Shown: in pieces, positions 24,888 through 38,917 of the stretch
Layout of the letters: every line of letters starts with the position of its first letter
Position numbering within the stretch: position 1 is the first letter of the stretch
Source: Eledone cirrhosa
Taxonomy: Eukaryota
Direction: 5' to 3'
NCBI GenBank assembly: GCA_964016885.1
Contig: OZ024740.1
Span: 221,030,001-221,094,000 of the forward strand
DNA length: 64,000 nucleotides
Position numbers and translations under genes: made by a program
The notes under the pieces: generated by a model
The model's input: only the letters and a program-made list of their open reading frames with translations
The model's database searches: none
Told to the model about the DNA's origin: nothing

Positions 24888-25746
24888 AGGTTGCTTATAC
24901 CGCTGTTGGCCACAAAAGGTTTCTCTCTAAAAATGAAAGGCAGATTGTATGATGTCTGTATACGAACAGCAACATTACATGGCAGTGACACATGGGCATT
25001 GCGTGCAGAGGACCTACGCAGACTGGAAAGGAACGAAGCATGCATGCTCCGCTGGATGTGTAATAGTAATATACACGAACGGCAAAACTTAAATGAACTA
25101 AGTGAGAAATTAGGAATAAGATGGATCAGATGTTTACTTGAGAGAAGATTACGTTGGTATGGTCACGCGATTCGTATGAAAGACGACAGCTGTATAAAAA
25201 AGTGCAGGGCGATCAAAATTGATGGAAGTTACAGAGTAGGTAGACCCAGAAAAACCTGGGACGATTTGATAAATTCCGACCTTACACACTTGCACCTCTC
25301 TAAGACAATGTCACTGGACCGAGATCTTTGGCACCACACAGTAATACAGAAGGCACGCCTTGCCTATGTACAAAGTGAAACCTACAGTCAGTAGGCACCT
25401 CTTAATCAAATATACACCCCAACCCACTACCCCTACTTCATCCTTCTACTCCCACCAACACCACACTTTCTCTGTAAAGTTGGTACCACAATATCCAGTC
25501 CAAATTAATGAGATAATGAGATCGAGATCGTGTAGCTGTAATGTGGCCGTGTAGGTAACACGGTAAAAAGTTCCCAGTTCACACTGTAAATGTGGTTGGT
25601 ATTAGGAAGGGCATCCAACCATAGGAAACCTGCCAGATAGTCCTATACGAGTGAGACACGGTCACACGACTAACTTTGCCTCAAATTGGGACAACTCCCG
25701 TCTAACCCATGCTAGCGTGGAAGATAGACGTTAAACGATGATGATG
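24888..25746 (+). mobile_element. RTE LINE 3' fragment
   Basis: ORF 24891-25394; 3' UTR motif ggttggtattaggaagggcatcca; tail aaacgatgatgatg. Confidence 0.9.
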
Positions 25747-26370
25747 AAAACCTCCTTAAAGATTCCAATTGTATTTTCAACTTCTTTTTTTCCCTTATAT
25801 ATATATATATATATAGGGATGGGACATCTAGATGTAATACATTGAGCTTAGTTAAACGTAGAACTAGGAGGAGTAGGACTCTCATATTTCCAGCAATTTT
25901 AACCCAGTTAAACCATAACTATATAACAAGTATGTTATATAATTAAGATATACTGCTAACTATTTTTAATATAATTATTTCTAATTTATTTATTATATAT
26001 TTATTTCTTGTTATCAGTTATAATATTCCAACCACTTATTCACAGTTGTTGCAGACTTAGGGGACAATTGGGTTGGGGGAGATGGCTGTCACTGCTAATA
26101 TAACAACCACTGCCTGGCAGGGAAGAGGGGGAATGAGCTACTTGCAGAATTCATTATTTCAGTGATGTGGGCTGGGATTGACCAACACTTCCGCTATAGA
26201 CACATCAGCCATCCCCTGTATCCCGAAAAGGAAAAATGTTTTTGAAGAAGGTTTTTATGCCACTTGAAGAGCTCAGGGTATTTAAATTGATAGTCCTTAT
26301 TAAAATATGTATCATGGAGATTTAAATAAATCTAAATCAACTGCTTATGGCCTCCGATCATTTCAATACT

Positions 26371-26606
26371 ATATATATATAAGAAGAAATTAAAAGATGG
26401 TTAAAAAAGTTCCATGTATTTTATTATGAGCATTTCAAAAACAAATATCATCTTGGGACGATATTTGCGCTCTCATCAGATAAAATAGGGAGACATGATA
26501 TGAAGCTTAAAAAAATATCGTCCCAAGATGATATTTGTTTTTGAAATGCACATAATAAAATACATGGAACTTTTTTAACCATCTTTTAATTTCTTCTTAT
26601 ATATAT
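26371..26606. repeat. Fold-back palindrome F3 (~95-bp arms, ~45-nt spacer) in (TA)n
   Basis: ataagaagaaattaaaagatgg...gacgatattt / aaatatcgtc...ccatcttttaatttcttcttat. Confidence 0.95.
26417..26487 (-). ncRNA. Type I hammerhead ribozyme motif (PLE-type) with long stem II
   Basis: Minus strand: tattttat-CTGATGA-gagcgcaaatatcgtc(ccaa)gatgatatttgttttt-GAAA-T-gctc-ATA-ataaaata. Perfect 8-bp stem I, complete core. Confidence 0.75.
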
Positions 26607-29330
26607 TCCAGCCCAATAAACTGTTGAGTGCTACTTATCCGATATTTGCATTGCTTTATTGTGCTACAATAAAACTCACCTCCTACATTTTATATATATA
26701 TATACATATACCTTTATGTATTAGTTCTGAAAGATTCTTGATGTGAAATCGTGTGTTGAAACCGATATTGTTATATTTGGGGATGGACATGTTGCCAATA
26801 GAAAGAAACACATGCTCCATATAAATTTTACTTTATCTTTACTGTTTGTTATTCATGTGTTTGTCAAAGTTCTTTCATCACACATTCTGTGACCTCCTCA
26901 ATGATAATCTGTTTTGTGCCTCCTCTTTTTCCTGGTCTTAAACTTCTATTCCATCCTGTTTTTGTTTTATGGTGCATTCTTGTGTTTATCTGCAGATGCA
27001 TTTGTGCCTTCATCTGTGTGCGTTTGTGTTTGTCATGTCTACATGTGTTTTACGCGTGTGGAGGTTTGTATCATTTATAATTCATGCATTGAAGCTTCTC
27101 ATTCTAGGTTAATTTTCAATAAATAAATACCCACTCAATGTTTCTAAAAATAGATTATATATATAGTAGAGTGGTTAATATGAACCATTGTGAGATATGT
27201 AGTAAAAGATAGATAAGTGTTTTTTTTTTAAATGGTACAATATACATATATAGAGAGGGAGAGACAGAGGATGAATCGACCCCAGTACTGTACTGGATTG
27301 AAAGGCAAAGTTGACCTTTGATTTGAACTCAAGAGTGGAACAAGTATTGGAAAAACATTCTATCCAATGTTTTTATAACTCTATAAATTCACTTATACAC
27401 ACACATATATTATTATTAGGGTGGTGGGTTGGCAGAATCGTTAGAGCATCAGACAAAAAGCTTAAAAGCATTTAGTTACAGCTCTTTACATTATGAGATG
27501 AAATCTGTCAAGGTCAACTTTGCTTTTCATCCTTCCGGAGTCAATAAAACAAATTACTAGTCATGAACCGAGGTCAATGTAATCGACTTTCTCCTTCCTA
27601 CAAATTGTTGGCCTTGTGCCTAAATTAGAAATTATTATTATTATCATTATCAGCATCCCAATCATCAATTTCTCACTGCAAGATAAATGTGAGGCATGAA
27701 AAAAATGAAGGCAGTGTTGGGGTAAGAAATAGTAAATTACAGTTGGATTAGATGCTGTCAACTATTTAGTTGTTTCTTTATAGTCTAAGTTCAAATCATG
27801 TCTGAATTAGCTTTGCTTTCCATTGTTCTAGCAATGATAAAATAAGTAACAGGTAATTATTGAGATCAATATAGTTAACTATATACCTCTCTCTTAGGAA
27901 TTTGCAAGCTTGCACTATAATGAGAAATCAATATCAAATATTAAATTGATGAAAGAGAGAGAGAGAGAGAGAGGCAGGGGAATGGGAAAGAGAAAGATAG
28001 AGAAATGCTGTTTTAATCTTTGCTTCTATTCCAACACAATGCTGTAAAATATGTCTGAATCCATAGGATGTTGGCCAATTGGCTGAAGGGTCAATGATTT
28101 ATATTCCATTACTGGTACTGTGAAATACTCCATGACCAAGACACTCAACCCTTTTGATACCAAACCACACAACCCCCTCCCCCACTCACCTGGTTTTATG
28201 ATATAAACTGCTTCTTTTGAAGTGTTTATTATCACCATCATCATTATTTAACATCCACTTTCCTAGCTATAAAGGGTTATCTGCAAACTGGGTTGGTACT
28301 CTAAATAGCAGTACTGACACCACAGTTGGCTGTAAGCCTGCATCCCACGTTCCTGCAGTCTACTGTTTGCTCAGATGGGCCAGTGGCCTGCAACTTGCAT
28401 ATGATCTCCTACACTACCAAGAGCAATTTATCATGACACCAATACTACAGAGGTTGACATGTCTTTGACACAGGCTAAAGAGTCCTCCTGAGCCTTTGTT
28501 TGGCAGGTTTTCCAAAAATCTTCCAAGAACTTTTGTTAAGTTATCTTCCAAACACCAACTTAAGGAAATCCCTTGAAATTCTTCATTATTTTCAATATTA
28601 TTTGAAAACCATAGGTAATGTCTTTCATTACAACTATGATAACCAAAGGGTTTAACTCTCACTGTTTTAGCTCAGCTAGCTGTAGATAGGTACCATAAGG
28701 TATGTACAATTCTCACTGTAAGCAATGAAGTATTTGTTTGGATAGTGAAAGTCTCCTTATAACATGGGAAAAACAAATGGATTCTATTCTACTGAATTCT
28801 TTCTTCAGGTGTTTTACCTACATAGTTACAAGAGATCATTTACATTTTAATAACTGTTGCCATGATAAATAACACTCAGTACATTCTTTAAAGTTGTAGT
28901 GCTGATACCATGATGCACTCCACACAGTGGCTGACATTAAGGGCATCAAACTGCAGAAAACATTTAAAAATATGGAACATATGAGCAAGACATGGTCATT
29001 TGACCAAGTCTTATCTCAGACCATGTCAGTGTAGAAAATGGGTGTAAATGATAATGGTATTTTATTCCCGGCATACAAAAAACATCTTGCTGTTATCAGC
29101 AGTGGCACCACCTACACCATTATTTATACTACTGCAAATTAATGAGAGAAACCACCAAGCAATCTATTAGAAATAACAGTCAAATTTTCCTTAGATCCAT
29201 CTGATCATATTAAAAAGGAAGGACACAATGAATAATGTGGTCTCTGATATATGAAAAGATAGCCTCACAAAAAAAAAAACAACCCTAGATTACCAAACCA
29301 CTTGTTATTTGGGACAATTTGAGAAATAAT

Positions 29331-29517
29331 TGTTTCTACTTTTTGGCACAAGGCCAGCAATTACCCAGTACATTACTGGTACTTTATTTTATCGACCCCG
29401 TAAGGATGAAAAGCAAAGTTAACCTCGGCGGGATTTGAACTCAGAATGGCAAGGGCCGTAACTATCCATCAAAGCATGGTGTCCGACCATCTACCGATAC
29501 TGCCAATACACTGCCCT
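29331..29517 (-). mobile_element. SINE family A
   Basis: TSD atttgagaaataat. Confidence 0.9.
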
Positions 29518-32344
29518 ATTTGAGAAATAATGGAAACATTTTATATAGGCACAGACATGATTGTGTGGTTAAGAGTTTTCTTTCTAACAACAAGTTCAAT
29601 CCCACTGTGTGAAATCTTGAGCAAATGTCTTCTATAGGTTTGGATTGACCAATATCTTGTGTGTGAAATTTAGTAGATAAAAACTGTGAATTGGTGATAG
29701 GAAAGGTACCCAGTCAGAAAATCTGCCAAACAAAAGGTCAGGAAGACTTTTCAGCTGTGTCAAATATATAATAATCCCCCTTGTGCTGATTCCATGATAA
29801 AATCTACTCAGTAGAACGTGGGAACATATGTAAGTGAAATGTGGGCTCTTGGCCTGTCTGAGTACTTGGTAGAGTGCAGGAATGAATATAAATGAGATGT
29901 AGGTTCCCAGCCCATATGGGAGATCAGTAGCTCCACTTGAGTAGTGACTTGATCTTTGACAATCTGTCTAACCCAGGTGACACTTTTATGGGGAGTCACT
30001 GTGCAATATGTTGTATCTTTTGTAGGCTGTGGCAAACTCAAGGGCTGCCTTAGGTGGCACTCATTCTAACTATGCTAGTGTTTACTGGTATGTTTCAGTT
30101 TAGTTTCTGAAGCTCACATCCAATCAAATTTGATCAAAATATTTTTTAAATTTTATTTTTAGCAATTCTTTTGGAAAATGTGAAAATTAACATATAATCC
30201 CAGCCTAGGGCAGTAAAATTCCCAAACCCACGTTGACACTCAGTGAGTTAAAATGATTAACTCTTTAATGAGATTCAGTCTTCTTTGTATTCTTGCAGAA
30301 TAAAAAAGAAAAACAAAATTGTATTTCATACAGAGGCCTAGAGGGAAATAATTGATGTTATTGCCAAGAATGTGGCCTACCTCCACCCGCTTACACAGAC
30401 ATTTTTAGTAATATGATATTGATAATAATAAATCAACTCACTAAAACAATAAATAATCCATGGTACAGTGGCTGACAAAGAAAAATACAAAAAAAAAACC
30501 CAAAAGATAACCCCCAATAAATCCAGCTGTAAAAACATGTTTCAAGAATTTATAGACATGTTTAAATTTGCAAACCTATCCAACCAGTATTTAAAAAAAG
30601 TGGTAAAAGAACAACAAATACATGAATAAATAAATTGAAGAAAAAGAATAACTTAAGCTATATTTTCCACAATAAAAGAAAACATCAACAATTCTTTTCT
30701 TCCAGATCAGAACCTTTCATGCTTATAGATCTTAGCTGTTTGTTTCCTCAGGGGATACCATATCGCGAAATGTTAGTCATTTTTGTGGTAGATGTTTCCA
30801 GCCCAGAACAGTAAACAATCAAACTTACTAAAATAAATACAGATTGCTTACAACAGTCACAAGACCACCTTTTTACCGGGATAAAAGGAAAATGAGATTA
30901 TTTGAAGTTCCTACCTTTCCCAAGGGCATTACTTATGTAAGTAAAGTAAAACATTTACAACTGGGAATCAGATTAGTTGTAGCATATCTATACTCTATGA
31001 CAGCAAGATGCAAAGAAAATAATGCATCCATATCAGGACATTCTACAAGATTCTATGCAAATGGTACGATTTATAGACTATTCTAAAGAACATGAGTGAA
31101 AAATGTTTTTTAAAAATAATGGCCAAGTTGTAAGAACATCAGATAAAATGTTTCGTAGTATTTGTTTTGGCTCCCTGTGATATACATGCAAATTCTGCTG
31201 GGATCAACTTTGCATTTCATCCCTTCCAGATCAGGGTGTGGGATTAGTGGAATTGTTAGAGTATAAGAAAAGTTGCTTTACAGTAATTGTTCCAGCTCTT
31301 TGCATTCAAAGTTCAAATCCCACTGAGGCCTACATGGTTGGTAGACTTAATCTGTCCCACTGTTTAGCACCACCACCTGGCCATTGGGTGTCTTTAGGGG
31401 AGTCAAGTTTATAGCAAGCATTCAGACCAGATCTGCAGTTTGAAGATAGCTTCCTCCCTCTCTCCCTTGCCCCAGTGCCATAGTGAAGGTACATGGCGTA
31501 GTGTAAAGGTGTTTGGCTTACAATCGTAAAGTCATGACTTTGATTTCTGGTGACCTGTTGTGCCCTTGAGCAAGACATTTTATTTAATGTTGCTTCTAGT
31601 CAACACAGCTGGTAAAATTAGGTTGTACTTGTAATTCAAAAGGCCAACCTTGTCACACTGAGTCACCTTGGTAACTATGTTATGGGTAAATATATCTGTG
31701 GAATGCTCAGCCACTCACATTTTAATTTCATGAGCAGGCCAGTCTATTGATCAAATCAAGTAGAACACTCATTGCTGGAACAGATGGGGTAAGTGCCAGT
31801 ATTGGTGTCATGCACATCAAAATGCTGCCACGTAATACATTCGAAATGTCGCCACACACATCAAACTATAACACAGTAGCTTTGAGTTTAAAATAGTTTT
31901 GCTCAAAGCCTCAGAAATTATGCTCGATGGTTGGGAAACATTAGAGGGAATGGTAACCAGGACATTTTATATTTTTCAGAAATAGTGAATCTAGGACTAC
32001 ATTAACAAAGTGTCCTTTTTTAAAGTTTTTAAGACAGCAAGTTAAGGTGTGATTTTTCTTTTGTATTTTTAACAAGTGACTATTAATTGTGATTAGGACT
32101 AGATTATTTTTCTATGGGAGCCCACTAATGTGAAATGAAAATGGAGAAAACCTTCCATGACATTAAAGTGTGTCATTAAGGAAGATACAGAACTATCTGG
32201 TGAAGAACAGAAGCAGTGTATGTTTGATTGTATGAGATAGAAAGGTCATGTCACCACAAAGAAGTGGATGAATTTAGTAGTAAGACTAGATCTTTAAAAA
32301 TTCTAGGATACAAAGAAGATTTAGCGACCTCGATTTTATAAGTT

Positions 32345-33680
32345 TTTATTTCCTTTTCTTTTTTTTAAAGATAAATACAGGCATTTATTTGACAGATATG
32401 AAATGTTGTTAAATAAAATGTACAGAAAAAGAAAGCAGTATTGGAAAGGACCTACAGCCCCGGTGGAAAAAATGGAGAAGGCGTTTCCTCGGAGGATGGT
32501 AAGGGAGATGCGCTGGAAGAGCCATTCCAACTCGCGAGGCTCACAACTGTGGCTGGCCAGCTCAGCGCCTATGGTGGTGAGTAGGGAGGTAGCCCTAGGG
32601 CCAGGGACACCAGAAGTCTCCACTGCCAAGGGCACGACCGTGAACCTGTCGGAGAGCGACCGGACTTGGAGTTTGGCCTCCTCAGCCCAACGTGCAGCAG
32701 AACCTGGGTTAGTCGCAGACTGCACGAGGTTGTGGCTGGAGAAAGTGTCGCTGCAAGTGGCATCCCAGACGTGGGGTTTGCCACCGCGGAATGGGAAGAT
32801 GGTCATACTGTCTGTCCTCTCGGTCCGGTCCCATGGTTCGAGCTGGAAGGGGAAGCCTGCAGCGTCCAAGCCATGCTTTATGACCTCGTTGAGGGCCGCA
32901 TGGGGTGGAAGACGGCCGGCACTGTGGCGACAGGAAAGTGGGTGGAGGCCGAAAGAGTCCCCAGTGGATCATCAGCGACATTTATGTGGCTCGCAGATCC
33001 AGAGTCCAAGCCTCAAGGAAATACCGATGCACAGGCTATCGTTATCCAGCTGCATGCCAGTGGAGAAGGGGGGCAAGGCATGGAGCCAGGCACCACTGTG
33101 GGGTTTGGAGGCCACACGAAAACAGGCAAGGCAGTGCTGGTCGAGCTGGCGCATGAGCCCGTCTGAGGTCAGGCTGCACTGGATGGCATCCCAAATGCTT
33201 TGGGGGGACTTGACGTCAGCAGGGGGAGATGGAGGAGGGATGTCTACTGGGCTAAGTCCCAGCCGATCCCATGTCTCACAGGCAGCCTCACGTTCCCTGA
33301 TCACAGAGGGTTCCATTGTGTTTTGGAGAATGTTGCTGACGAGGAAGCAGCATGAGGTTACTGACGAAAGAAACGCCAGCAAAGCCAGCAAGATCGGGGA
33401 CCAGAGGCCAAGGCTACCATATCTGACAGGTAAAGTGGTCTGTTGTCATCCAATGTTGTCAAACCTGACGTTGCATATCTCCTCGGCTGCTGCTTGAATA
33501 CAAGTGTCGGGGTCAGGCAAGAGAGATGTGTGGCTGTAGCATGGAGCGCTGCGAAGAGTATAGAGGAGCTTCAGCATGGACAAAATTACAAAGGCATTTC
33601 TTTGGACAATGGCCAGGGACACCAGCTGTAACAGTCCCCCCACCTCTTGGGCTCCTTTCTCAGATGGGCTGCTGTCATTC
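32345..33680 (-). mobile_element. CRE-like non-LTR retrotransposon 3' fragment, frameshifted
   Basis: GC-rich block. SGAWLHALP, LRLG, CCHC finger (HKC..GLHPLSC) and RLE motifs VWDATC.D, PLAVETSG, QRISLTILRGNA. A-rich 3' end. Confidence 0.8.
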
Positions 33681-34182
33681 TGATTTTACTGGGGAGCTTA
33701 TTTTACAAAATAAAGCTGTTTATCTAACTATTCCTATAGATAGATAAATTCGAGAAAACTGGCAGGTGTAATACATATTAATTCATCATTAAGTATTAAT
33801 TCATATTTCAAGGGTGGAGGAAATGAGAAATTACAAGATTCATGCATTTCCCAAGGGCATTAAATGGTGGTGAAAAAAAAGTGAAATCTGTTCAACTGAG
33901 AATAAAATTTACCATATTTCAGCTGGGAATATTAAGAAAAGATATTTTGTCTAATTACAAGTAAGCCTCAAGTGTTATTAAAATATATAGCTCAATTTAG
34001 CATATAAGATCCAGGAGATATTTAAAAAAAAATATTTTTGTTAGAAAAAAGTTGGTCTTATATGCCATCAAATATGGTACCTTTTGTCTTTTGCATTAGG
34101 ATACCCCTCGCCATAGATAATTTAGCAACATGATTTAATGATGAGTATTAGAGCATGAGTTTATAGGTTTATAGGATTATAC

Positions 34183-34656
34183 TGTAGCGCTCTCTAGACA
34201 AGGGAAGGAGCTGGAGTTACTTCCCGTTGAAATTCCAGAACCTTCCTTGTAACTATAAAAGAGGGAGCTCAAAGCTATCTTTCTCTTTTTTAACCTCTTG
34301 GTTACGGCAAAGGTATACTCTCTTTCTGGCGGTTTCTTCTCAGGCTGACAACACCGAGCACAAGCATGATAACATTCTTCGAATCACACCTCATGGTTCT
34401 GGACTATACCTCATAATGCTACGTAGACATTTGTTTACTACACTTTTGTAATATGGACTACAAATAAATCAAGTTACTTTTGATATTCGGTTGAGAAATT
34501 GTTACGCTTTAATCATTACCTTTTGTAGTGAGCGATGACTCACACGAGACACGAATTTGTAGGAAGATCTCCTATCCTCTTTTCTTTATTAAATTTAGTA
34601 GTTAGATTCCAGTGGTATTTACTGGAGTAAATAACCCTGGGTGTAGCTCCACTAAA
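34183..34656 (+). mobile_element. Probable solo LTR (Gypsy-like)
   Basis: Starts TGTAG, ends CTAAA (one change from CTACA). 4-bp TSD atac at 34179-34182 and 34657-34660. TATAAAA 34254-34260, AATAAA 34463-34468. Confidence 0.65.
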
Positions 34657-34758
34657 ATACTATGAAATGTGTAGAGGTACATAGTATGGTATAGATAGTA
34701 TCTGCATGTGATTGGATAATGAGAGAGAGAGAGAGAGAAGCTCATTATCGTTTAACAT

Positions 34759-34945
34759 AAGAGCGGTGAATTGACAGTATCGGTAGAGGGTTGGACGTCA
34801 TGCTTTCTAGCATAGTTACGTCTCTTTACAGTCTGAGTTCAAATCCCGCCGAGGTTAACTTTGCCTTTCATCCTTACGGGGTCAATAAAATAAAGTACCA
34901 GTAATGTACTGGGTAATTGTTGGCCTTGTGCCTAAAGTAGAAACA
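34759..34945 (+). mobile_element. SINE family A
   Basis: TSD attatcgtttaacat. Confidence 0.9.
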
Positions 34946-35387
34946 ATTATCGTTTAACATCCATTTTCCACACTAGTCTGTATTTATGTGTGTGACTGTG
35001 TGAAAGGAATTGTAAATTTGACCAAAACAAATAAAAATGTGAGACAACAGAGGAAATGGTTTTTGATAAACTGAAATAGAGATGATAGGTTATATTGGTC
35101 ATGATAAAATGTGCAAGTGATATGAGGCTTCATTTTTCTACATTAAAAATGAAACACAAATGAGATGGATGTTATAAATATACCCCTAAAGAGGTGAATG
35201 TTACAGACAATGAAATGAATACAGCATTTAAAAATTGAATTAGAAACTTTCACCATGGACAGGTTGGTGTAAATGGTAGCACACTTGTCTGGCGAACAAG
35301 TGTGGGTTTGTCTCCTCTCCCCATGTGTGCAAATGCCCATTTACTTTCCTTTAGAGGCTTATATGTTCTATTATTAGACTATTTTCT

Positions 35388-35578
35388 AAGGGGCGGTGGA
35401 TTGGCAGTATTGGTAGAGAGTCAGACGCCATGCTTTGATGCATAGAGTTACGGCCCTTGCTATTCTGAGTTCAAATCCCGCCGAGATTAACTTTGCCTTT
35501 CATCCTTACGGGGTCGATAAAATAAAGTACCAGTAATACACTGGGTAATTGATGGCCTTGTGCCTAACGTAGAAACAA
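35388..35578 (+). mobile_element. SINE family A
   Basis: TSD attagactattttct. Confidence 0.9.
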
Positions 35579-35630
35579 TCATTAGACTATTTTCTGCAGT
35601 CAAAAGTATGGTAAATGTTACTAATTCAAT

Positions 35631-35668
<38 letters not shown>

Positions 35669-37164
35669 CGTTTCTGAATTTGTTTAGCAAGATTCTTTAT
35701 CTGAAAATGTGTGTTGAAACCGATATTGTTAAGCTTTGGGAGGGTCATGTTGCCAATAAGAAACACACGCACCAGTTTTTTCACTCCAATTTATTATAAA
35801 TTAAATTTATAAATTTAAGAATTTATAAATTTCCGGTTGGTTGATTGGTTCCACAACCAGATGGTTGTTCGTTCATATATTGTCAAAGTTCTTTCCTCAC
35901 ACATTCTGTGACCTCTTCAGTGACATATATATATATACCATCATCACCCTCATCTTCACTGTTTAACATTCATTTTCCATGCTTGCAGAGGTTAGAAGAG
36001 TCGTCCATGACATGGGACAAGTCTGACCAGATTGGCCATGCTGTACCTTGCTCAGACAGAACTGTAAAAGTTGGCTGGGATTTTACAGCTGGATGCCCTT
36101 CCTAACACCAACCACATTTATACACACACACATATACATATATATATATATACACACACACACATGTATGGGAGTGTGATCTATGAAAAGATTTTTACTT
36201 GATAAAATCTAGCTATTATTATTCTGCATAATTCAGATATTCATATATGTGAAGTCTGAAGTACATCCAATTTCCAATTGATAGATCTGTGCCCAATATC
36301 TTTGATTAGTGTGTGTCAAACCATATTACTTACAGAGCACATATAATGTGATCTAGCAGAGATATTGTAAATAAGATAGATAATATTCTAACACTGCCAA
36401 CATTGGTTAATATATGTAAGGAATCTAAAAAAAAAAAAGACAATAAAATAAAATAAATCTTGTAACTCAAGAATCCAATATCCGATAAACAAAATGAATT
36501 TTATGTTTGAATAGTTTTATACATATACATACACATATACATGTATATATATACAACTATATATATGGTGGAGGTGCCCACGGCAAAAAAAGCACCCAGC
36601 ACTCACTGTAAATGAGGTTGGTGTTAGGAAGGGCATCCAGCTGTAGAAATCAAGCCAGAATCACTTCCCGTCCTACCCTTGCAAGTATGGAAAAGCGGAC
36701 GTAAAATGATGATGAATGATGATATATATTCCTCATCATCAACGTTTAACATCCATTTTCCATGCTAGTATGGGTTAGACGAGCTGTCCCGTTGTGAGAC
36801 AAGCCAGACTGTGTTTTGCTTACACAAAACTCACTTTGGCTTGGTTTCTATGGCTGGATGCCCTTCCTAATACCAACCACAGACAAGTGTACCCTTAAAT
36901 TAATTCTCAGGGAAATTCTACCCAGTTTCCTTCTACCCAATGCCACTAACAAGGCTTGGGTTAATAACATATGATATGATTACGATGCCATGTAATGGGA
37001 TTGAAACTAGGACCTTATGATTCAGAAGTAAACCCTTTAACCATTTGGTCACATCCGTGCACACATAAACACACATTAGTAGAACTCATCGGTACATTCT
37101 GTAAAGTGGTTGGTGTTATGGAGAGATATTACTAGTTAAGATCAGTAACATTATTATTCAACTT

Positions 37165-37350
37165 GGTGGTGGATTGGCAGTATCGGTAGAGGGTTGGACG
37201 CCATGCTTTGACGCATAGAGTTACGGCCCTTGCCATTCTGAGTTCAAATCCCGCCGAGGTTAACTTTGCTTTTCATCCTTACGGGGTCGATAAAATAAAG
37301 TACCAGCAATGCACTGGGTAATTGCTGGCCTTGTGCCAAAAGTAGAAACA
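37165..37350 (+). mobile_element. SINE family A
   Basis: TSD attattattcaactt. Confidence 0.9.
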
Positions 37351-37401
37351 ATTATTATTCAACTTTGTACTCTATGCCTAAGAAGTGTAGAGTGTAGATG
37401 T

Positions 37402-37514
37402 TATAATAGGATGTCTATGCCTGATGATTAAGCTTAAAGCTTTTCAATAGCAAATTTTATATTTGCTATTGAAACATTTTAAGCTTCAATATGAAGCCTA
37501 AAAATCCTATTATA
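37402..37514. repeat. Fold-back palindrome F4 (decayed)
   Basis: tataataggat...ttcaatagcaaat / atttgctattgaa...atcctattata. Confidence 0.75.
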
Positions 37515-38399
37515 TATATATAGCTAAACATAGGGTTGGGAAGACATTTCAGCCAGATCAAAGACATGACAGCCTTCTCTAGTGTCGGTGCTATGGTACT
37601 CTGTACATGGTAAAGCACAGGATCTTATGTCAGATCCCCAAATCACCTTGAGGTCAGAGGCTCTGCTTGAGTAATGACCGTGATAACATGTCCAACTCTT
37701 GTTATCAGGGAAAACGTATGTTAAATGATGATGATATTTATGATCATCATCATTCAACATCTACTTGGACACACACACACACATATATATATATATATTT
37801 ATATATATAAAGAAATCATCATTATTATTTAATATAGAAATAACTTTCACAGAACTAGAACTGTTTCATTTGTATGAAATCCTCAGGAATATATTGAGTA
37901 CCTTTTTTTAACTCTGATCCCCCCACCAATATTACTTGGGACATACATACATATATATATTATAAAGAGCTGAGGCCCAATGGCTGAGCTCTTGCCGTTT
38001 CAGACTGTTAGCCGACTAGTTTTAAACTGGTTCTATCCTGATTACATATATATATAAACAGAAAAACGAACATTAAATGATGATGATATATATGTAAATA
38101 CATTGAGTCAGTCTTTAATGTGATATTGATTGAAAAAACAAAAGAATATATTTAAAGACTAATTTATTGACCAAGTGATGTTTGTTGTCAGCTAGTTGTT
38201 GATTTGAAGGATTTATATTCCAACTTAGGATAGCTTTTTCTCCTTTCATTCCTTCAGTATCTGATATAATCAAAACATCTTTATGAACTTTCAGCATGAT
38301 ATCTAATAGTGTAATTGAAACACTCCAAAACTGCTAGAACTCTAAAGTTACTATCTACAATTAAAAATACTTGAAAATAGCAATATATATACACAAATA

Positions 38400-38439
<40 letters not shown>

Positions 38440-38730
38440 CAGTTCAAGAGTAACCAATCTTAAAGAGAGAGATGGAGATAGGAGAGGAGAGATTGGTGAA
38501 TTAGTTAGAAGCCAAAGCGTAAAGGCATGTGCTCAATGTGCAATATGCAGTGGAAAGCAGCTAGGTGGCTGGGTTCATGCAGAAGTTAGGTGCGCAGAGC
38601 TGGAAATATTCATTAGTTATGCAAAACAAGACCACAAATTTCATAAGGAAGACATTATTAAAAGATTGTCAACATATTTTTGTTTGATTTAAGGAATGTA
38701 GAGAATAATAATAATAATATTAATAATAAT

Positions 38731-38917
38731 TGTTTCTACTTTAGGCACAAGGCCAGCAATTACCCAGTGCATTACTGGTACTTTATTTTATCGACCTCGT
38801 AAGGATGAAAGGCAAAGTTAACCTTGGCGGGATTTGAACTCAGAATGGCAAGAGGCGTAACTATGCGTCAAAGCATGGTGTCCGACCCTCTACCGATACT
38901 GCCAATCCACCGCCCCT
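38731..38917 (-). mobile_element. SINE family A inserted in the left arm of fold-back F5
   Basis: Absent from the mirror arm; TSD taataataatattaataataat. Confidence 0.9.

Noticed and set aside
30425-30845. Two minus-strand ttttaGTRAGT sites as recursive splice sites
   Set aside because: AG and GT share the same G, so they are not AG|GT junctions.
32403-33497. 364-aa plus-strand ORF
   Set aside because: Antisense shadow of the GC-rich CRE-like element; the recognisable motifs are on the minus strand.
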